From Acidimicrobiales bacterium (GTDB taxonomy: Bacteria; Actinomycetota; Acidimicrobiia; Acidimicrobiales; Aldehydirespiratoraceae): DNA of 64,000 nt. The DNA lies in the NCBI GenBank assembly GCA_965214945.1, contig OZ244029.1, forward strand, positions 805,217 through 869,216. The letters run 5' to 3'. Position numbers and translations under genes: made by a program. The notes beneath the pieces were generated by a model that was not told where the DNA came from, did not search any database, and saw only the letters and a program-made list of their open reading frames with translations. Each line of letters begins with the position of its first letter. Position 1 is the stretch's first letter. This document shows positions 57,494 through 64,000 of this stretch, one piece after another.

Positions 57494-60400
57494 ATGGGAC
57501 GCCTGAAAGATCACATCACGATCTCCGGACGCTTCGCCCGGTCCTCAAGCCTCGAACGAGACATCGACCGAACCGAGTCGCTTCGGGGCTACGTCGTGAC
57601 GGCAAAGGCTCTTGAGGTTGTTGAGAGAATCGCCGCCGTCGGTGCAACCCGTTCCGGCGGTGGAGCCTGGTCCATCACCGGGCCGTACGGAACGGGCAAG
57701 TCGTCACTCGCTGTGCTCCTTGACGGGCTGTTCTCAGAGGCTGGCATCACCCGCGACAACGCACTGGGACTCGTAGCGTGTGCATCCCCTAGTGTGGCGT
57801 CACTGGTTAATGGTGCACACGGGCGACGAGAGACAGGCGCCTCAGGCTGGATCCGAGCTGTGGTCACCGCGAATCGCGAGCCAATCAGCCACACCGTCGT
57901 GCGCGCCTTGCACTCAGCGGTGCAGCGACGGTTCGGAAGGATCCCTCCTACCTCCGTCCTCTCGGCTGCCAGGACACTTAGATCGGCGCTGGACGCAGCC
58001 GAATCCGAAGATCCCCGACGCACAGGACCGGCTACTGCCGCCATCATCGAAGTCGCCCGAAGTCTCGCTCAGCACGCCCCACTGCTGATTGTCGTCGACG
58101 AGTTCGGAAAAAACCTCGAAGCAGTCGGAGACAGCAGCGACGCAGATCCCTACCTGCTCCAACGGCTCGCTGAGGCTGGACAGGGGGCCGACGCTTCGAT
58201 CTTCACGCTCACCCTTCAGCACTTGTCATTTGAGGATTACTTCGCCGACTCCGAGGGCCCACACCGCCAAGAGTGGGCCAAGGTACAGGGCCGCTTCGAG
58301 GACATTCCGTACGTAGAATCGCCGGCGCAGACCCGTGCACTCATCGGCACGGTGTTCGATGTGCATGAGACGAGCCTTCGCATGCGCATAGATCGATGGG
58401 CGGAGAGGCAAGCGAGTGCCTGTGCCGAGCTTGGCATCACAGACCTAGCTGATCCCGATCTCGTCGCGAGCTACTACCCGTTGCATCCACTTGCGGCTGC
58501 TGTTCTGCCTGAGCTGTGCACCCGCTACGGACAACATGAACGGACCCTCTTCTCGTTTCTCACGGGGCCAGATCCATCCGGGGTTCCCTCGTTTCTTGGT
58601 ACTTCAGAGATGCGTACACACGGCCCGCTGCCTTCCGTAGGTCTTCCGGAGATCTACGACTATTTCATCGCCGGGAATTCCTTTGCGGGGGGCGGTGGCC
58701 GTTGGACGGAGATCACCACTCGCCTGCGCGACACCCACGGTCTCACGCTGTCCGAGAGCCGCATGGCCAAGTGCATCGCCGTTTTGAACCTGGTCTCCGT
58801 TACGGGGACACTTCGCGCCTCTCGGCGTGTCCTCGAGCTCACCGCACCGAACAATTTCGCCCCAGCGCTGGACAGCCTGCAGTCGCAAGGCATCGTCACC
58901 TACCGCGAATTTGCCGACGACCACCGCATCTGGCAAGGCAGTGATGTCGACCTTCGCTCGCTGCTTGCCACAGCCAGCCAACGGGTGCGAGATCGGCCTC
59001 TGGTCGACCTGCTCGCCTCGGTCAGCGAGCCGACGCCCGTCATCGCCGCCCGCCACAGCGCCCAAACGGACACCCTCCGAATCTTCGCCCGGCGTTATGT
59101 CGACGGCTCTGAGACGGTCGAACCTCTGCCCCCATCTTCACCGTTTGACGGCGAGGTACTCCTGGTCGTCGGGGCGGACCGTGAGCATCCCCGCTTGCGG
59201 GCCATCAGCAAGCACAGCAAGCCGGTAGTTGCCGCCATACCTGACGAGCAGATCCGACTCGATCAAGCGGCCCGACGAGCCGCCGCGATCGCCATCGTGC
59301 TCGACGACAAAGCCGTGAGCAGTGACTGGGTGGCACGACGAGAAGTGAACGAGCGACTGGCTCAGGCCCGAAGTGCACTCGACAACGCAGCCGACGGCAC
59401 CTTTTCGCCAGAGCACTGCAACTGGGTGCTACTCGGCGAGCAGGTGACGGAGCTCAAGGGTGGCCGAGGAAGCGCACCACTGTCTGATGCCGCTGATCGG
59501 GCGTACACCGCCCCGCCAGTCGTCAGCAACGAGATGCTCAACCGCACCTATGTGACGTCGCAGGGTGCCAAAGCAAGGCGACTGCTCATTGAAGGCATGC
59601 TGGAGCACGGAGAGGAGGTTGATCTTGGTTTTGAGGGCTACGGTCCCGAAGTCGCCATGTATCGAGCGTTCCTGGCTGGGACGGGCCTGCATCGCCACGA
59701 TCGTCGCAACGACACGATGGTCTTCACCCGGCCACACGCCAGCGGGCTCGTTCCTGCCTGGGACACCCTCGAAGCAGAGTTTCGGCGAGCCAGCATCGCC
59801 CGGGTCAACCTCAACGACATCTACGCTGCCCTTCAGTTGCCACCGATCGGGATGAAGACGGCTGTCATACCTGTGTTCGTGATCGCAGGGCTGCTGGCTT
59901 TCAACGATGAGGTCGCCATCTACGAGCACGGCACTTTCAGGCCGGTACTCACACCCGACCTTGCAGAGCGACTTGTCCGCAATCCTGGCCACTTCGATAT
60001 CAAGCATTTTGCCAACACGAGTGGCGCCCGGCGACAAGTCGTGAACAGTCTTGCAGCGGAGTTGGGGGTCAGGCCTAGGTTTCGTAAGCACCGCGTCGCG
60101 AACGTGCTAGCAATTGTCGGGCATCTCGTTGGAAAGATCGCTCGACTTGACAACTACACCTGCCGCACCAGCCGCCTGAGCTCTGAGACGCTCGCGGTCC
60201 GGGACGCGCTTGCCACAGCCGTGGAGCCCGACAAGTTGTTGTTTGAAACCCTCCCTGTGGCGCTCGGCTTCAATCCGATCCCCACGACGACGAAGACCTA
60301 TCGCAACGCGCGCAGGCTCGCCGCAGCAGTGACGTGCGCTATGGAAGAACTTAGCGTCAGCTACGAATCACTCCTAGATGAGCTGCTCTGCGAGCTGTTG

Positions 60401-60952
60401 GAAGTCATGGCGGAGAAGAACAGGCTCGCCATCAGCGGTCAAGCGGAAGCGATACGAGACGAGGTGCTCAATCCGAGAGTTCGGGCATTCGTATTCGCCC
60501 TCGCCAACGACTCTGCCGACACGGATTGGGACTGGATCCAGTCGATAGCAACGGTGGTCTCAGGCAAGGCACCAGCAGAGTGGACTGACGATGACCGCGT
60601 GCGATTCGACCACAGACTCTCAGCAGCAGTCGGAACGTTCAGACGTTTGGTCGCTCTCCACTCTGCTCACAGAGCCTATGGATCAGGTGCGTTCGACGCC
60701 ATGCGCGTGACCTTTACTCGCTCCGACGGTACCGAAGATCACAGGCTGATAGGGCTTGGCGACGATGAACGCAGCGCCGCCGAACGGGTTCTAACAGCTG
60801 CCATCGATGACCTGGCTGTGACACTCCAGTCGGCTGCGAGGGCTCAAGACAGCCTCCTGGCTCTTCTGGGCGAACGGATTCTGCCACAGACTGTCGATGA
60901 CAGTGGTCCCGACGTGATCGAATTGACGACCAGAAGGGCGACCAATGCCTGA
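57494..60952 (+). CDS. sspC: SspC/BrxC-like P-loop ATPase
   Basis: ITGPYGTGKSS, VVDEFGKNLE, LQHLSF, EWAKVQGRF, YPLHP, GQHERTLFSFL. Confidence 0.88.
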   Translation: MGRLKDHITISGRFARSSSLERDIDRTESLRGYVVTAKALEVVERIAAVGATRSGGGAWSITGPYGTGKSSLAVLLDGLFSEAGITRDNALGLVACASPSVASLVNGAHGRRETGASGWIRAVVTANREPISHTVVRALHSAVQRRFGRIPPTSVLSAARTLRSALDAAESEDPRRTGPATAAIIEVARSLAQHAPLLIVVDEFGKNLEAVGDSSDADPYLLQRLAEAGQGADASIFTLTLQHLSFEDYFADSEGPHRQEWAKVQGRFEDIPYVESPAQTRALIGTVFDVHETSLRMRIDRWAERQASACAELGITDLADPDLVASYYPLHPLAAAVLPELCTRYGQHERTLFSFLTGPDPSGVPSFLGTSEMRTHGPLPSVGLPEIYDYFIAGNSFAGGGGRWTEITTRLRDTHGLTLSESRMAKCIAVLNLVSVTGTLRASRRVLELTAPNNFAPALDSLQSQGIVTYREFADDHRIWQGSDVDLRSLLATASQRVRDRPLVDLLASVSEPTPVIAARHSAQTDTLRIFARRYVDGSETVEPLPPSSPFDGEVLLVVGADREHPRLRAISKHSKPVVAAIPDEQIRLDQAARRAAAIAIVLDDKAVSSDWVARREVNERLAQARSALDNAADGTFSPEHCNWVLLGEQVTELKGGRGSAPLSDAADRAYTAPPVVSNEMLNRTYVTSQGAKARRLLIEGMLEHGEEVDLGFEGYGPEVAMYRAFLAGTGLHRHDRRNDTMVFTRPHASGLVPAWDTLEAEFRRASIARVNLNDIYAALQLPPIGMKTAVIPVFVIAGLLAFNDEVAIYEHGTFRPVLTPDLAERLVRNPGHFDIKHFANTSGARRQVVNSLAAELGVRPRFRKHRVANVLAIVGHLVGKIARLDNYTCRTSRLSSETLAVRDALATAVEPDKLLFETLPVALGFNPIPTTTKTYRNARRLAAAVTCAMEELSVSYESLLDELLCELLEVMAEKNRLAISGQAEAIRDEVLNPRVRAFVFALANDSADTDWDWIQSIATVVSGKAPAEWTDDDRVRFDHRLSAAVGTFRRLVALHSAHRAYGSGAFDAMRVTFTRSDGTEDHRLIGLGDDERSAAERVLTAAIDDLAVTLQSAARAQDSLLALLGERILPQTVDDSGPDVIELTTRRATNA

Positions 60953-61793
60953 ACAGCTGCGACACATATGTGGAATCTCAGGCGGAAAGGATTCGAGCGC
61001 GCTCGCGGTCTACCTCCGCGACACCGTTGCCGAGATGGAGTACTTCTTCTGCGACACCGGCGCCGAGCTCCCCGAGACCTACGAGTACCTCACTCGGCTT
61101 GAGGTCATCCTCGGCAAGCCGATCAACCGCCTGAATGCCGAACGGGGCTTCGACCATTGGTTTGAGGTGTTCCGGGGGGTTCTCCCGTCTCCGCAGATAC
61201 GGTGGTGCACCAAGAACATGAAGATCAAGCCGATCGAGAAGTGGATCGGGGACGAACCCGCCTTGTCGTATGTCGCAATCCGGGCCGACGAGTCCAACCG
61301 AAAGGGTTACATCTCCACAAAGCCCAACATCCAGTCGGTCTTCCCGTTCGTTGACGATGGGATCGACCATGACGGAGTCATCCGGATTCTCGATGACGCT
61401 GGGATTGGCCTCCCCAAGTACTACGAGTGGCGGACACGATCCGGCTGCTACTTTTGCTTCTACCAGCGCAAAGCGGAATGGGTGGGCCTCGCTGAGCAAC
61501 ATCCTGAGCTATTCAAGCGAGCGGTCGCCATAGAGCAGAAGGTTCTGCAGAATGCTGGTGTCGACGGCGATGCCGACTTCGGCGAGCGTGCAATGCGAGG
61601 GAGGCAGTACACGTGGTCAGGGGGTGAGACGCTCGTGCAGCTCCTGTCTCGACGCGATGAGATCATGGAACGGCATGAGGCAGTACTCGAGCGCCAGACG
61701 AGAGATCAGCCGAATCGCCCTCTCGTGGAAGTCCTTGGGGCGGCTTTCGATGATGACGACGACAGCGAGGCCTGCACGGTCTGCGCCTTGTGA
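60945..61793 (+). CDS. sspD: PAPS-reductase family protein (SspD/DndC-like)
   Basis: GISGGKDS, FCDTGAEL, RWCT, IRADE, RSGCYFCF, terminal CTVC. Confidence 0.88.
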   Translation: MPEQLRHICGISGGKDSSALAVYLRDTVAEMEYFFCDTGAELPETYEYLTRLEVILGKPINRLNAERGFDHWFEVFRGVLPSPQIRWCTKNMKIKPIEKWIGDEPALSYVAIRADESNRKGYISTKPNIQSVFPFVDDGIDHDGVIRILDDAGIGLPKYYEWRTRSGCYFCFYQRKAEWVGLAEQHPELFKRAVAIEQKVLQNAGVDGDADFGERAMRGRQYTWSGGETLVQLLSRRDEIMERHEAVLERQTRDQPNRPLVEVLGAAFDDDDDSEACTVCAL

Positions 61794-61819
61794 CGTTCAT
61801 GGGGAGCGAGATGGCGATC

Positions 61820-61919
61820 GGTGTCAACGAAGGCGAATGGGGCCGCATTACGAGTGTCTGGTCTTGGAGGCTTGTGGATGGTGATGTTTGTGGTGTCGAC
61901 GAAGGCGAACGGGGCCGCA
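61820..61919 (+). repeat. two 28-bp direct repeats, 72-bp period
   Basis: ggtgtcaacgaaggcgaatggggccgca (61820) and ggtgtcgacgaaggcgaacggggccgca (61892), ending 2 nt before ATG 61922. Confidence 0.8.
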
Positions 61920-61921
61920 CC

Positions 61922-63997
61922 ATGAGCGGGCTTCCCGACTCCCCATCATCGGCGATCGCGCCTTGGGGTCATCCTGGGACTTCTGTTCTGCCTGAGTGGT
62001 ATCGGCGTGAGTTTGCGGATCGCGTTCTTCCTCAGGCTTTGCGTCGGATGGCGCCTTCTCTGAAAACGATCGGGCAGCTCGATAAGTTCTGGGACTGTAC
62101 CAACCAACCTCTCGACTATAAGGCACATCAAGCCCTTATCGCAACGTTAAACGACAAGACTCCGCCTCCCGACATCGTCATCTTCCCTGCGGGCCGCCCT
62201 AAGGGACGCGAGGACGCGGAGATCGAGACCTATCCTCTGCGGCCACGTTCACGCAACGCGCTCATGCGTCATCTCAAGCGAATCCCTCGCTCTAAGGCGA
62301 TTACAGTTGGTGATCTGCTGCAGATTCCGTACTTTGGAATCACATCATTGATCGATGTGATGTGCGTCGTCGAAACTGTGTTGGCTGCGAGGGGAGGTTC
62401 CCTAGCGCAGACAACCACAGGGGCAACTCTCGACTCCTCACCGACCGCCGAGGCGGGCCATTCGGATGAAGCGCTCCGACTGCTTGACCAAGTCGAGCGA
62501 TTGCTTATCGGAGCCCGCGACCTCTATGGAGTCGACAGCGTAGGCGAGGCATTTCGTCTCAACTTGGGACCCGTGGCGGAGGCGCTCGGGATCGATCGAG
62601 ACAGCGCCGACCTCGCCATCGACAGCGTGACGACGAGGCCCGGAATCGGCGAAGAGCTGTCAGCCAAGGTTGCTGCCTTCGAGGCGTCCCTCTCGGAACC
62701 GCAGCGACTAGTGCTCAAGGAGCGAATGTACAGCACGAATCCGCGATCGATAGCCGATATCGGCCGTCAACGCGGTGTCACATACGAAGCGATTCGGAGA
62801 CTGCAATTACGGCTCGCCGCAACCGTTGAGTCGGAACTCCGCTCATCCCTGGAGTCGGTTGCTTCGCTCCTGCGGCTGAATCTGTCTCCGGTCATTGCCA
62901 GTGACAAGCTCGATGCAGCTATCTCTGGCCTCTTCGGCACAGCTGGCTCTGACCTCGCTCGACGCATGGTCAAGCAGGAGCTGGACTACGCTGACTACAA
63001 CGGGATCTGCTTCGATCCCGCGGCCCGTGAGGTGGTGAGCAAGCTGCGGTGCGCCGCAGATGCCTCCGCGGACGACGTTGGCATCGTCAACGCGGATGAT
63101 CTGCGAACGCAGCTCCCTGACGGTGACTGGGATGCCTACTGGCAGCAATTGCTCGACTGCTGCGGCTTACACGAAATCTTGGGGCAACTCGCCCTGCGCG
63201 ACACCGCGAAGGCCCGAGCCAAGGCCGCTGTCATCCAGATCGGCCGACTGGCTACCAAAGAAGAGATCGCGGCAGCCTCTGGGCTTGATCCTGCACGCGT
63301 TGGGTCGCAACTGTCCGGCCTTCCGGGAGTCGCTCGAGCTGACAAGCACCGCTGGGGTCTCCTCGAGTGGATCGATGACATTTACGAAGGCATACCTGCC
63401 GAGATCACTCAGCGCATCGCTGAGGACGGCGATGCAACTCCGCTAGCACGCCTGCTCGAAGAGATCCCCAGACTCTTCGGGGTGCGTGAATCGAGTGTTC
63501 GGTCCTACGTGGCCACGCCGCAGTTCGTTGTCCGCGACGGATACGTTAGCATCGCTGATCCCTCGTCATTCACTTTCCGAGACATCGAGGACGTGATCAG
63601 CGGTCGTGACGCCACAGGCGCTCCCTACTGGGAGTTCACCGTCGAAGAGCGCTACTTCTCTGGCTACAGTATCCTGGGCTTCCCACCAGAACTCGCCAAC
63701 GAACTCGGCTGCAGGGCAAACGAGAGAAAGAAGATCACCCTCACGCACCCGCCCGGCTGCGGGATGGTGTCCGTTGTCTGGCGGCTGTCGTCACAAGTCG
63801 GGGCCTCCGTCGGACACGTCGCCGAACCCTTGCGATGTTTAGGCGCAGAGGCCGGTGACACCGCTCGAATCGTTATCACTGGGGCCCGATCGGTCGCGCT
63901 CAGGCTGAACAGCAAACAGGACATGGCAGGGGCAAGCGACGACCCAAGTGCCGATGCTCTCCTTGAGCGGATGAAAAGCCGGCGGCGGATCAGATAG
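61922..63997 (+). CDS. multidomain DNA-binding protein: RNAP alpha-CTD-like HhH + sigma70 region-4 HTH + further wHTH
   Basis: LRPRSRNAL..TVGDLLQIPYFGITSL (alphaCTD-like); LSEPQRLVL..RSIADIGRQRGVTYEAIRRL (sigma4 HTH); HRWGLLEW. Confidence 0.7.
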   Translation: MSGLPDSPSSAIAPWGHPGTSVLPEWYRREFADRVLPQALRRMAPSLKTIGQLDKFWDCTNQPLDYKAHQALIATLNDKTPPPDIVIFPAGRPKGREDAEIETYPLRPRSRNALMRHLKRIPRSKAITVGDLLQIPYFGITSLIDVMCVVETVLAARGGSLAQTTTGATLDSSPTAEAGHSDEALRLLDQVERLLIGARDLYGVDSVGEAFRLNLGPVAEALGIDRDSADLAIDSVTTRPGIGEELSAKVAAFEASLSEPQRLVLKERMYSTNPRSIADIGRQRGVTYEAIRRLQLRLAATVESELRSSLESVASLLRLNLSPVIASDKLDAAISGLFGTAGSDLARRMVKQELDYADYNGICFDPAAREVVSKLRCAADASADDVGIVNADDLRTQLPDGDWDAYWQQLLDCCGLHEILGQLALRDTAKARAKAAVIQIGRLATKEEIAAASGLDPARVGSQLSGLPGVARADKHRWGLLEWIDDIYEGIPAEITQRIAEDGDATPLARLLEEIPRLFGVRESSVRSYVATPQFVVRDGYVSIADPSSFTFRDIEDVISGRDATGAPYWEFTVEERYFSGYSILGFPPELANELGCRANERKKITLTHPPGCGMVSVVWRLSSQVGASVGHVAEPLRCLGAEAGDTARIVITGARSVALRLNSKQDMAGASDDPSADALLERMKSRRRIR

Positions 63998-64000
63998 ATG

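Noticed and set aside
61820-61919. Mini-CRISPR (28-bp repeats, 44-bp spacer)
   Set aside because: Only two non-palindromic repeats, no leader or cas genes
1-64000. IS element, integrase or prophage
   Set aside because: No DDE, tyrosine/serine recombinase or phage structural motifs recognised in any ORF

Overview
High-GC, probably actinobacterial (Acidimicrobiia-like lipoproteins, DUF1214, GerMN; taxonomy is inference) accessory region in three blocks. (1) A defence island at ~0.4-29 kb: NYN RNase, XRE-ImmA/IrrE regulator, a DUF488 pair, a SNF2-DUF3883/DUF1156 MTase/HEPN-DUF499 restriction-like operon, a GHKL-ATPase-nuclease between 492-bp direct repeats, a chimeric helicase, an ApeA-like HEPN protein and two vapC pseudogenes. 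The standout is a two-gene operon: a metallo-beta-lactamase with a Gly-tailed C-terminus, translationally coupled to one E2-E1-JAB-patatin polypeptide, with no CD-NTase. (2) A LacI-controlled sugar/sugar-acid catabolic cluster at ~31-49 kb, with seven copies of a 28-bp tandem operator. (3) A second defence block at ~49-64 kb: orphan DNA MTase, DprA plus frameshifted PRTase, HIRAN, and an sspABCD-type phosphorothioation operon followed by an alphaCTD/sigma4-HTH protein. Gene fragments (phyH, proV, vapC) and local degenerate tandem duplications occur throughout. No rRNA, tRNA, CRISPR array, integrase or transposase was recognised. All calls come from manual motif reading, with no database searches.
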